IMG/VR virus record: IMGVR_UViG_3300016484_000628
Location: 1 to 37,110 of that record
DNA: 37,110 bases
Reading direction: 5' to 3' (one strand)
From: a virus
Lineage: Duplodnaviria; Caudoviricetes
Each line of letters starts with the position of its first letter. Position 1 is the stretch's first letter. The notes beneath the pieces were generated by a model, which saw only the letters and a list, made by a program, of their open reading frames with translations, was not told where the DNA came from and ran no database searches. Positions 16,188 through 27,000 of the stretch are shown in pieces. The position numbers and the translations under genes were made by a program.

Positions 16188-17831
16188 ATGCCGCAGGGCT
16201 GGACCACAAACGCGACGACCGACAAGATCGACTTCTACGAGGCGCCGGCGAACCTGGCCGCCATCCAGGTTGTCGAGTACGCGTCGGGCACGGCCGGAAC
16301 GACTGACATCTTCGCGCTGTCGGCGTGGAACCCGGAGTACGGCTGGCCGCAGGAGGTGGAGTTCTTCGCGGACCGCCTGATCTTCGGTCGCACCGCGTCG
16401 CAGCCGCAGACCGCGTGGTTCTCGCAGACCGGCGACTATTCCAACTTTGGCAAGTCGACGCCGATCGTGGACTCGGACGCCATCACCGCGACGCTGAACG
16501 CGCGCCAGGTCAACGCGATCCAGGACTTCGTTCCGCTGGACAAGCTGATCATGCTGACGACAGGCGGCGAGTGGAAAACGTCGGGCGGGCAGGACGACGT
16601 GCTGACGCCGGAGACGCTGGGCTGGAAGCCGCAGTCCTACTGGGGGTCGAGCCGCCTGCCCGCGCTGGTCATCGGCAACACCGCGCTGTTCACCCAGGCG
16701 CGCGGCTACATCATCCGCGACATCGGGTACAACTTCGAGAACGATGGATACGTCGGTTCTGACCTGACCATCTTCGCGTCGCACCTCGTCCTCGGCTACA
16801 CGCTGGCCGACTGGGATTTCCAGACCATCCCGTACTCGGCGGCGTGGGCCGTCCGCGACGACGGCAAGGCGCTGTCGATCACCTACATGCGCGAGCAGCA
16901 GGTGAACGGCTGGTCGTGGCATGAGACGCAGGGCACGTTCGAGTCCGTCACCGTGGTCCCCGAGGACGGCGAGGACGTGGCGTACTTCGTGGTCAATCGC
17001 ACGATCAACGGCGTGACCAAGCGCTACATCGAGCGGCTGAACACGCGCCTGTTCGAGCACCCGCGCGACTGGTTCTTCGTGGACTCGGGCCTGACGTACG
17101 ACGGCCGCAACACCTCGGCGACGACGATGACGCTGACCGGCTCGGGCTGGTCGACCGAGGACGAGCTGACGCTGACGGCATCGACCAACGTGTTCACGGG
17201 CGTGAGTGACGTGGGCGACTGGATCGTGTTCGGCTACGAGGGCGACAACCCGCTGCGCCTGGTCATCACCGAGTACACGTCGGCGACGGTGGTGAAGGTC
17301 CGCCCGCTGCGCGCGGTGGAAGCCGCGTGGCAGGCCACGGCGACGACCGACTGGGCGTTCGGGCGCAACACCCTGTCCGGGCTTGGCCACCTGACCGGGG
17401 AGACGGTGGCGATCCTGGCCGACGCGTTCGTGATGGCGCCGCGCGAGGTGGTGGCAGGCGCGATCACGCTGGACGACCCGGCCGTGGTGGTGCACGCGGG
17501 CCTGGCGTACGAGTCGGACTTCGAGACGTTGGAGGTGACGGTCCCGGGCAGTGAGTCCGTCAGGTCGCGCGCCAAGGTCATCACCGAGGTCAGCCTGCTT
17601 GTGCAGGATGGCCGCAACATCAAGATCGGACCGGACTTCGATAGCCTCGAGGAGTACGAGTCGCGCGACGCCGAGGACCTGCAGGCGCCCCCGGCCAACA
17701 TCGAGGGCATGGTGCAGGTCTACCCGGCGAAGTCGTGGCAGCAGGACGGCCGAGTGTGCGTCCGGCAGGATGGCCCGCTGGCGCTGTCCATCGTCGGCAT
17801 CATCCCCAAGGTGGAGTTCGGCGAGTCGTGA
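16188..17831 (+). CDS. tail tubular protein B / nozzle, C-terminal part
   Basis: 'GWP..V.FF.DRL.F', 'EQQV.GW..H.T.G', 'RYIERL', 'FVDSG'; has its own AAGGAGG RBS. Confidence 0.85.
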   Translation: MPQGWTTNATTDKIDFYEAPANLAAIQVVEYASGTAGTTDIFALSAWNPEYGWPQEVEFFADRLIFGRTASQPQTAWFSQTGDYSNFGKSTPIVDSDAITATLNARQVNAIQDFVPLDKLIMLTTGGEWKTSGGQDDVLTPETLGWKPQSYWGSSRLPALVIGNTALFTQARGYIIRDIGYNFENDGYVGSDLTIFASHLVLGYTLADWDFQTIPYSAAWAVRDDGKALSITYMREQQVNGWSWHETQGTFESVTVVPEDGEDVAYFVVNRTINGVTKRYIERLNTRLFEHPRDWFFVDSGLTYDGRNTSATTMTLTGSGWSTEDELTLTASTNVFTGVSDVGDWIVFGYEGDNPLRLVITEYTSATVVKVRPLRAVEAAWQATATTDWAFGRNTLSGLGHLTGETVAILADAFVMAPREVVAGAITLDDPAVVVHAGLAYESDFETLEVTVPGSESVRSRAKVITEVSLLVQDGRNIKIGPDFDSLEEYESRDAEDLQAPPANIEGMVQVYPAKSWQQDGRVCVRQDGPLALSIVGIIPKVEFGES

Positions 17832-18286
17832 CGGCCATCCTGCGACCGGCGGTGCCGGAGGACGTGGCCATCATCGCCGCGCGCGCGCGCGCGGAGGACG
17901 TGGCCGAGCTGTGGGCGTCGTGCCGGGTCACCCCGGAACGGTGCATGGCCGACGGCATGCGGTTCGAGACGATCACCGCCGAGCTCGACGGGGTGCCGGT
18001 CTGCATGTTCGGGATCGTCCCGATGTCCTGGCTGGGCGGCGTGGGCGTCCCGTGGATGGTGGGGACCGACGGCATGCGGGCATTCCGGGCGCAGCGCGAG
18101 CTGCTGAGGCTGTCCAGGCCGGCGCTGGAAGTGCTCGCAGCGCGGTATCATCACCTCGTCAACTGGGTGGACGCGCGCAACACCGCGTCGATCCGGTGGC
18201 TGGGGTGGCTGGGGTTTGAGATCCATGCGGCGGAACCGTTCGGTCCTGACCGCATCCCGTTCCACCGATTCGATAGGAGGGCGTGA
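17828..18286 (+). CDS. GNAT-fold protein, T7 gp13-like (internal virion protein A)
   Basis: 'NWVDARNTASIRWL.WLGF'; position after the nozzle; GTGA overlap. Confidence 0.8.
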   Translation: MTAILRPAVPEDVAIIAARARAEDVAELWASCRVTPERCMADGMRFETITAELDGVPVCMFGIVPMSWLGGVGVPWMVGTDGMRAFRAQRELLRLSRPALEVLAARYHHLVNWVDARNTASIRWLGWLGFEIHAAEPFGPDRIPFHRFDRRA

Positions 18287-18288
18287 CC

Positions 18289-18768
18289 ATGTGCAGCTGG
18301 GGTGCAGCCATCGCTGCTGTGTTCGCCGTTGCCGCCGGATACCAGCAGGCGGAGTCGCAGAAAGCCGCGGCGCGGTACGAGAACGCCGTGGCCAAGCAGA
18401 ACGCCGACGTGGCCGAGACGCAGGCCAAGTACGCGCAGCAGCTTGGCAACATCGAGGAGGAGCGCCAGCGTGCGCGCGTCCGCCAGATGCTCGGCAAGCA
18501 GCGCGCGACGTTCGCGGCCAACAACGTCGACGCGTCGCAGGGCACCGCGGTCGACATCATGGGCGAGACGGCCATGTTCGGCGAGGAGGACGCGCTGGCA
18601 ATCCGCGCGAACGCCGCCCGCCAGGCGTGGGGCTTCAAGGTCGACGCGAACAACTCCCGCGCCCGCGGCAAGCTGGCGCTGGCGACGGGCAAGAACCAGG
18701 CCACCGGCACCTACCTGTCGACGGCCGCCAGCGTGTTCAATTCGAGCTACCAGTACGCCGGAGGCTAA
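18289..18768 (+). CDS. internal virion (ejection) protein, gp14-like
   Basis: MC start, hydrophobic N-terminus, Ala/Gln coiled coil, 'G.QRA..AAN.VD...G'. Confidence 0.8.
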   Translation: MCSWGAAIAAVFAVAAGYQQAESQKAAARYENAVAKQNADVAETQAKYAQQLGNIEEERQRARVRQMLGKQRATFAANNVDASQGTAVDIMGETAMFGEEDALAIRANAARQAWGFKVDANNSRARGKLALATGKNQATGTYLSTAASVFNSSYQYAGG

Positions 18769-18771
18769 GCC

Positions 18772-21006
18772 ATGCCTGTCGTCCCCCGTTACCAGCAAGG
18801 GCAGGTCCAGCAGACCAACCTGCCGAACGCGCGCTACTCGGCCGACGGCGCCAGCCCGGAGGCGTTCGGCGCCGGGATCGCGCGTGGGCTGGCGGCGACT
18901 GGCGAGGTGTTCGAGCGAATCGCGCAGCAGGAGCGCGACAAGGTGGACACCGCGGCGGTGATGGAGGCCGAGGCGCGGCTGCGCGAGCAGCAGAACGAGA
19001 TGCTGTTCGGCGAGGCCGGCGCGTTCCGGGCGAAGGGCAAGGACGCGTTCGGCCTGCCCGAGCGTGTCCTACCTGACTTCGAGAAGCGGCGCGGCGAGAT
19101 CGCGGCGGGCCTGCGCGGCCGCCAGCGTCAGCTGTTCGAGCAGCGGACCGGCATGTGGCAGACCGACATGCAGGGCGACCTGCTGCGGCACGTCGCGCGC
19201 GAGTCGGACGAGTACACCAGGCAGACGACCGCGGCCTATATCAAGTCCTCGGCCGACACGGCGCTGCTGTTCTACAACGACCCCAAGCGCGTCGCGGCCG
19301 AGATCGAGCGCGCGCAGCAGGCGTACATCGTCGGCAATCCTGGCGAACCGGCCGAGGCCACGAAGCTGGGGCTCGAGGAGATCGAGTCTGGCATCCATGC
19401 GTCCATCGTGTCGCGCATCGCGAACGATGACCCGGTGGCTGCGCAGTCGTACTACGACCAGCACCGCGACAAGTTCACCGGCGGGCAGCAGGCGGAGATC
19501 GAGCGCGTGCTGCAGCCGATGGTCGAGGCGAACGAGGCCGACAACCTGGCGGAGGCGCTGCTGACCCGCGGCGTGCCCGATGGCGGGGCGGCGACCAGCC
19601 CTGACCTCGCCGATTACCCGACGTTCCGCCGCGACCTCGAGTCCGGCGGCCGCGCCGATGCGCGCAACCCGGACAGCAGCGCGACCGGCGCGGACCAGTT
19701 CGTTGACGACACCTGGCTGCGCATGGTGGCCAAGGAGCGCCCGGCCTGGGCGCGCGGCCTGTCGCGCCAGCAGATCCTTGCGGCGCGGACCGACCCCGAG
19801 AAGTCCGGCGAGATGGCCGCCGCGCTGGACCGGGACAACGCCGCCGCGCTGCGCCGCGCGGGCCAGCCGGTCAACCGGCACACCCTGTATGCCGCGCACC
19901 ATTTCGGTGAGGACAAGGGCGTGGCGTTCGCGCGCGCGTCGGCCGACACCCCGATGGAGCGCATCCTGAGCCCGCAGCAGATGGCCGCGAACGGCTACCT
20001 GCGGGGCATGACCAAGGCGCAGGCGATCGCCAACTGGGACGCGCGCGCGGCCAAGGCAGCGGCGCGGCGCGGCGGCGGCGCCCCGGGTTCGGAGGCGACG
20101 CCGGCGACCGGCGCGCCCCTGTCGTTCGCCCAGGCGAAGCAGTGGGCGCTGGACAACATCGAGGACCCGAAGCGGCGCCGCGCGGTGCTGGCCAGCATCG
20201 AGCAGCGCGAGGCCGTCGACAACGCGCGCCAGGCCGAGATCGAGCGGGGCATGATCCAGGCCATCAACGCGAAGGTCGAGCAGGCGGACCCGTCCACCCC
20301 GCTGGCGCGCATCCTGACCCCGCAGGAGATCGCCTGGGCCAACGAGAACGGCCGGACCGCGGCGTGGGAGGCTCGCTTGAAGGCGCGCGTCGTGGGCGGT
20401 GACGTGGACACCCCGCGCGACCAGCTGCTCGCCTACCGGACCGTGGTGTACAAGGCCGCCCGAGGCGATCAGACGGCGCGCGCCGAGCTGGCGAAGTACA
20501 ACCCGTACGACCCCAAGCTGCAGATGTCCCAGCAGGACCGCGACTGGCTGGCAAGCGCGCAGTCGAACGTGCTGTCGGACGACCCGGCAAAGCGGGCCAA
20601 GGCGGTCACCGAGGGCGAGTTCGATCAGGTGGTGACCAGCTACACCCTGAACAACCTGGGCGTCTCCAAGCCGGCGATGGCCAAGAGCGAAAAGGCCATC
20701 ACCTTCGACCGCGATATGCGGACCTGGCGCGACCAGTTCGTGCGCCAGTCCGGCCGCGAGCCGACCTACACCGAGACGATCCAGCAGGCGGACCTGCTGA
20801 CGCTGCGGCAGGCGACGTTCTCGTACGAGGTTCCGGGTATGCTGTGGGGGACCAACACCGAGACGGCGACCATCGCGGAACTGGGCATCCCGCAGACCGA
20901 CCTGCGGTTGATTGTCGAGGCGCTGACCGCCGAGGGTAAGCCGGTGAACGGTGACACCGTGGCCGCCAAGTGGCGGGCTCGCATGCAAAGGGCGAACGCG
21001 CAATGA
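18772..21006 (+). CDS. internal virion (ejection) protein with a lytic transglycosylase domain
   Basis: 'MP.VP.Y' N-terminus; 'ESGG...ARNP.SSATG..QF...TW ... LYAAHHFG' lysozyme-like motifs at about 19630-19920. Confidence 0.85.
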   Translation: MPVVPRYQQGQVQQTNLPNARYSADGASPEAFGAGIARGLAATGEVFERIAQQERDKVDTAAVMEAEARLREQQNEMLFGEAGAFRAKGKDAFGLPERVLPDFEKRRGEIAAGLRGRQRQLFEQRTGMWQTDMQGDLLRHVARESDEYTRQTTAAYIKSSADTALLFYNDPKRVAAEIERAQQAYIVGNPGEPAEATKLGLEEIESGIHASIVSRIANDDPVAAQSYYDQHRDKFTGGQQAEIERVLQPMVEANEADNLAEALLTRGVPDGGAATSPDLADYPTFRRDLESGGRADARNPDSSATGADQFVDDTWLRMVAKERPAWARGLSRQQILAARTDPEKSGEMAAALDRDNAAALRRAGQPVNRHTLYAAHHFGEDKGVAFARASADTPMERILSPQQMAANGYLRGMTKAQAIANWDARAAKAAARRGGGAPGSEATPATGAPLSFAQAKQWALDNIEDPKRRRAVLASIEQREAVDNARQAEIERGMIQAINAKVEQADPSTPLARILTPQEIAWANENGRTAAWEARLKARVVGGDVDTPRDQLLAYRTVVYKAARGDQTARAELAKYNPYDPKLQMSQQDRDWLASAQSNVLSDDPAKRAKAVTEGEFDQVVTSYTLNNLGVSKPAMAKSEKAITFDRDMRTWRDQFVRQSGREPTYTETIQQADLLTLRQATFSYEVPGMLWGTNTETATIAELGIPQTDLRLIVEALTAEGKPVNGDTVAAKWRARMQRANAQ

Positions 21007-24000
21007 CCAACCCGTACCTCGAGAACCCGCAGGCCGCCGGCACCGCCCCGGCCGCGGGCGCGCCGTCGCGCGAGCAGAATCCGTACCTCGGCCTGGACGA
21101 CGGCATCGAGCCGATCGCCACCGGCCCGGCGGCGCTGGCGGCGCAGCAGCACAACCCGGACCAGTACGCGCGCGCGCAGCAGGCGAGCCGGCAGCTGGGC
21201 GTGCCGGCCGACGTGCTGGCGCGCAACCCGGAGGAGATGCGCAAACTCGAGGTGCAGCGCACGTTCGAGATGACCCGGCAGCGCAACCCCGAGCTGGCCT
21301 CGTGGCTGGCCGGCGACGCCGCGAACGCGACGCTGGCGCAGGACGACATCCCCGTGCTGCAGCGCATCGCGGACGTGATTTCGGCGCCAACGCGAGGCGT
21401 CAATCAGTTCACGGGCGGCGCTGTAGCGGGCCTCGGCGAGCTGTGGGACGCCGGCGCCTACGGGCTCGCCAACCTGTTCGGCGGCGAGGAGTACGCGCGC
21501 ACGCAGGTCAAGCCTGGCGCCAACCCGCTGATCCGCGCGGGCGACTGGATCAAGCGCGGCGGCATCCAGCAGTACCTCCCCGATCGTGACCCGGTGCTGG
21601 GGCTGGACATGAACATGGCCGACCCACTTCCGGAGGGGCGGACCAACATCCTGACCGACGTGGGCGAGGGGCTTGGCTCGCTGGCCGGCGGCGCCGCGCT
21701 GTCGTTCATCAACCCGGGGTTGGGCCTGGCCAGCTTCGCCGGCGCCGGCGCGGACCAGCAGGCGCAGATGGCGAAGGATGCCGGCCAGTACGGCACGGGC
21801 GAAGCCTACGCCGCGATCGCCATCTCGGCGCCCATCGCCGCGGCGCTGGAAAAGACCGGCCTGGACAAGCTGCTGGACCGGGCTCCTCCGGGGATCAAGA
21901 ACAAGGTGGTCCGGTACATCACCGACAAGCTGGTGGCCGCGGGCATCGAGGGCACGCAGGAGGCCGCCGAGCAGCTGGCCTACAACGCCATCGCGCAGCT
22001 GACCTACAACCCCGACCAGGATCTCGTGGAGGGGCTTGGCGACAACTTCACCGTGGGCAGCGCGGTGGGCGCGCTGGCGCGCACGCTGCTGGGCGCCCGC
22101 TACGCGCGCACGCGGTCCGAGCGCGACGCGGAGACGCTGGACGTGATGGAGCAGGCCGCGGCGGCGTCGCAGCTGCGGCAGCGCGACCCTGCGCGGTTCG
22201 AGGCGCTGGTGAAGCAGCTGGCCGCCTCCGGCGCCGACACCGTGTTCGTCAATGCCGAGCAGGCGCAGACCTACTTCCAGTCCGCGGCGCTGGACCCGGC
22301 GTCGGTGGGCATCGACACCGAGCAGCTGTCCGAGGCCGTGGCGCTGGGTGGCGACATCGCCATCCCGATGGAGACGTGGCTGACCCGCGTCGCGCCGGAC
22401 CACGGCGCTGCGCTGCGCGACTGGCGCCGGATCGGCCAGGCCGGCTACGCGCCGGGTGAGCTGGCCGCGGCCGAGGGCGAGGTGGACGAGGCGGTGGAGC
22501 GCTTCCTGGCGTCCGTCGAGGAGGGCGGCACGTCGGACAACCGCGTGTACCAGGACGTGGTGGGCCAGCTGCTCGGCACGGGGATGGACCAGCCGACGGC
22601 CGAGAAGAACGCCGCGCTGATGCAGTCCGTGTTCCGGTCGCTGGCCAGCCGGTCCGGCCGCGACGCGTGGCAGCTGTACGAGCAGTACGGGCTGCGCATC
22701 ATCCGCCAGCGGCCCGAGGCCGCGGCCGTGCTGCAGCGTGTCCCGAACATCGACGCGACGATGGACGCGCTGCTGGACCGGCTCGAGGCCGGCGACATCC
22801 CGACCGAGGCGCAGGTGTTCGGCCCGACCATCTCCGAGTTCCTGTCGGCGAAGGGCGGCATCCGCGACGACGTGATGACCGGCGAGCTGGCGCGCCTGAA
22901 CGAGAACGATCGCGCGACGCGCCGCGGCCGGCCGCGACTGGTGCGCCAGGACTCGCCTGACGCGCTGACGCTGGACTACGCGCGCGAGGCCGCGGTCGAG
23001 GCCGGCTACCTGCCGGAGGGGGCCGACATCAACGACCTGCTGGACGCGCTCGAGCTGGACCGCCGGCCGGACGTGCCGGCCGATTCCGCGCTCGCCAACT
23101 TGCGCGATGCGCTGCTGTCGCTGGACGACGAGCTGCGCGCGCTGGGGCTGGACCCGACGAGCGATCGCGACGAGATCCGGCGCCGGCTGTTCCCGGCGGG
23201 TGAGATGGATCAGTCTCGCGCGCTGGATCAGACCGAGACGCCGGAGTTCAAGGCGTGGTTCGGCGATTCCAAGGTTGTGGACGAGAACGGGCGGCCGTTG
23301 GTGGTGTATCACGGGACGAGCGCATGGGGCGGTTTCGATAAGTTCAAGGTTTCGGCGCGTGGCGAGCTTGGTCCTGGTGTCTACTTCACCAACGATCCAG
23401 CCCGTGCATCCAGTTACGCAAAAAAAGGTGGCGACGGGGCGCAGGTGGTCCCTGTATTTTTGAGCATCCAGAACCCGATTGTTGTGTCAGGGTACGATGC
23501 GCAAAAGCAAATCCTCCGCACCCTCTATGGTTCCGACAGCGTTTACAACCGTCGAAGCGCGAAGCAGGCTTTTAGCTCTCGCCTGATCACTCGATATGAC
23601 ATCAACAAGGCCATCTCGCTTGGATATGACGGAATCGCTCACACGACCGGATACGAAACTGAGTACACGGCATTCCGCCCCGAGCAGATCAAATCCGCAA
23701 CCGCCAACCGCGGCACGTTCGACGCGAGCAACCCGAACATCCTGTACCAGTCCGCGTTCCACGGCACGCACGCGAAGGGCCTGACCAAGTTCGACCTGAG
23801 CAAGATCGGCTCGGGCGCCGGCAATCAGAATTACGGCTGGGGCATGTACTTCGCGTCTAAGCGCGAGGTCGCGGAGTTCTACCGGCAGACCACGGCGGCG
23901 TCGGCGACGGACGTGGTGCGCGTGGCGCGCGCGATGGGCATGGACGGCGTGTCGGCGCAGGATGGCCCGGCGATCTTCAACGCCGCGATTGGCAATGGCA

Positions 24001-27000
24001 CCGCGGCTGAGGCAGCGCGGCGCATGCAGGCGCGCTCGTCGGCCATGCGTGTTTACGAGATCGGCGCGCTGACGCGCCTGATCGCGCGCGTGCGCGAGCT
24101 CAATACAGGGCAGACCTACCAGGTCGAGATCCCGGAGGACTCGGACCTTGCGGACTGGGACGCGACGCTGGACCAGCAGTCGCCGAAGGTGCGCGAGGCG
24201 CTGGAATCGCTGATCCAGATGCTGGACGCGTCGAGCCTGGAATCGTGGAACCGGAAGATCCCGGAGGCCAAGACCGCGGGCACGCTGTACACGCTGCTGG
24301 CATCCTCGGTCGAGATCCAGCCTGGGCAGGACCCGAACAAGGTAGCGTCCGAGATGCTGCTGGCCAAGGGCATCCCGGGCCTGCGCTACCGCGACGGAAC
24401 GACCAACACCGACGCCGCGCGCGGCTCGTACAACTACGTTATATGGGACGATGGCGCGATCGACATCGTGCGGACGTTCTACCAGTCCGAGCAAGACTAC
24501 CGCATCCAGCACCGCGCCCCGACCAGCGAAAGTGGCGCTCCGCTGCACAGCTTGACGGACAACGGGTACTACCCAGATGACGTTTACAGTCGCAACGGTC
24601 CGCGATTCTACGGGACCGGAGATGCCTCCAAGGACGCAAAGGCGTTCCGGATTGTCAACGCCTACAAGGGTGAGCCTGATGCGCCAGTGACCATCTATCG
24701 TGCTGTCCCGAGCGATGTTGACGCCGGCATCAATCCTGGCGATTGGGTCACGATTGTCCGCGAGTACGCCGAGGACCACGGGAACTCCGTCTTTGATGGC
24801 GACTACAAGATCATCACCAAGCAGGTCAAGGCGTCGCAGATTTTCACCAACGGAGACAGCATCCAGGAGTGGGGCTACGACGACGGTTCTGCCACGCTTA
24901 GCCAGCGTACCGAGGACGCCATCCGCCGCGGCTTCATCCAGTACACGTCGGACCGCAAGTTCACCATCGGCCTGACCGAGAACGCGGACCTGTCGACGTT
25001 CCTGCATGAGTCCGCGCACTTCTATCTCGAGGTGATGGGCGACATCGCCAGCGATTCGCTGAACGCGCCGCAGGACCTCGTGGATGACTACATGGCCATC
25101 CTGCGGTGGCTTGGCGTGGACAGCCGGGCGGACATCGGCACCGAGCAGCACGAGCAGTTCGCGCGCGGGTTCGAGGCGTACCTGGGCGAGGGCCGTCCGC
25201 CGTCGGCTGAGCTGGCCGCGCCGTTCGCGCGGTTCAAGGCGTGGATCAAGGCCATCTACAAGACCCTGACCTCGCTGAACGTCACGCTGACCGACGAGGT
25301 GCGCGGCGTGTTCGACCGCATGATCGCCGGCGACGACGCGATCGCGCGCGCCGAGCAGGCCATGAGTGTCGAGCCGCTGTTCAAGGAGGCCGCGGCTGCG
25401 GGCATGAGCCCGACCCGGTTCCGCGAGTACCTGCGGCTGCAGCAGGCCGCGCACGACGAGGCCGAGGCCCGGGTGACCGCCCAGGCCATGCGCGAGGTGC
25501 GCCGCGAGGCGGAGGCGTGGTGGCGCGAGGAGCGGGCCAAGGTGCAAGGCGAGGTGGAGGCCGAGACGTACGCGCTGCCGGTCTACCAGGCGTGGGCCGC
25601 GTTGTCACGGAACCGCACGCCGGCGGGCGAGGACCTGCCGACCCCGCCGGTCAAGCTGGACAAGGGCTGGCTCGTGCGCAAGTACGGGCAGGCGTTCCTG
25701 AACAAGAACCTGCTGCGCAAGTCGGTCTACGCGGTGGAGGGCGGCATCGACGGCGACATGGCGGCGGCGCTGTTCGGGTTCGCCTCGGGCGACGACCTGG
25801 TGACCGCGCTGGCCAACGCCGCGCCGATGAAGGCCGCCATCAAGGCCGAGACGGACGCGCGCATGCGCGAGCGCTACGGCGACATGCGGCTGGACGGTTC
25901 GCTCCCGCAGCGCGCGATGAACGCGGTGCACAACTCCAAGCGCATGAAGGCCATCGCGGCGGACATTGCGCTGCTCGAGGGGCTGGCCGGCGAACCCGCG
26001 ATGAATCCGGCGCAGGTGCGCGCGTGGGCCGAGCAGAAGATCGCCGGCACGAAGATTCGCATGCTGACCCCGTATGCCTACCTGCGGGCCGAGCGCAAGT
26101 TCGCGCGCGAGGCACTGCGGCAGGCCGCGGCCGGCAACTGGAAAGAGGCGCTGCTGGCGCAGCGGCGCCGGCTGGCGCACGCGCACCTGTACGACGTGGC
26201 CATCAAGGCGCGCGAGCAGTTCGAGAAGCGGACGAAGTGGCTGGCCAAGCAGGGCAAGCCCAAGGTGCAGGAGCGGCTGGCCAAGGCCGGCAAGGGCTAC
26301 CGCGAGCAGATCAACGCAGTGCTGGCGGCCGTCGGCCTGCGCCGGCAGGACCCGACGGCCGAGCGCTCGCCGCTGCGCGCGTTCCTGGACGAGCTGCAGG
26401 AGGCCGGCGACGAGACGGCCGTCAGCGACCGCGTGGTGGCGATGGTCGACGGTGGCACGGTGACCGAGCTGCGTGAGATGTCGGTGGCCACGTTCCGCGA
26501 GGTGTACGAGGCCGCGCGCAACCTGGTGCACCTGGCCGGCCAGCGCAACCGGCTGCTGGCCGACGAGGACCGCACCCGGTTCAAGGACGCGGTGGACCAG
26601 CTGGTGCAGCGCGCCGAGGAGATGAACCCGGACCGCCTGCCGGAGGAGCTGTCGCGCCGTGACCTTGGCGCGGTGGACCGCGCGGCCGATCGCGTGCGCC
26701 GGTTCGCGTCCGAGCTGGACCGGCCGGAGAACATCATCGAGGCGCTGGACGGCGGCGAGTCCGGCCCGTGGCACCGGCTGTTCTGGCAGGCGCTCAACCG
26801 GGCCGAGGACAAGGCCATCGAGCTGCGCCGGCGCGTGGGCTCGCAGCTGAAAGCGCTGCGCAAGTCCATGCCGTCGGGGTTCATGGCGTCGCTGGACGAG
26901 CGCGTGGACCTGCCGTTCGGCGCCACCGTGTCGCGCGGCACGCTGCTCGGGATCGTGCTCAACACCGGTAACGCGGGCAACCTGCAGCGGCTCCGTGACG

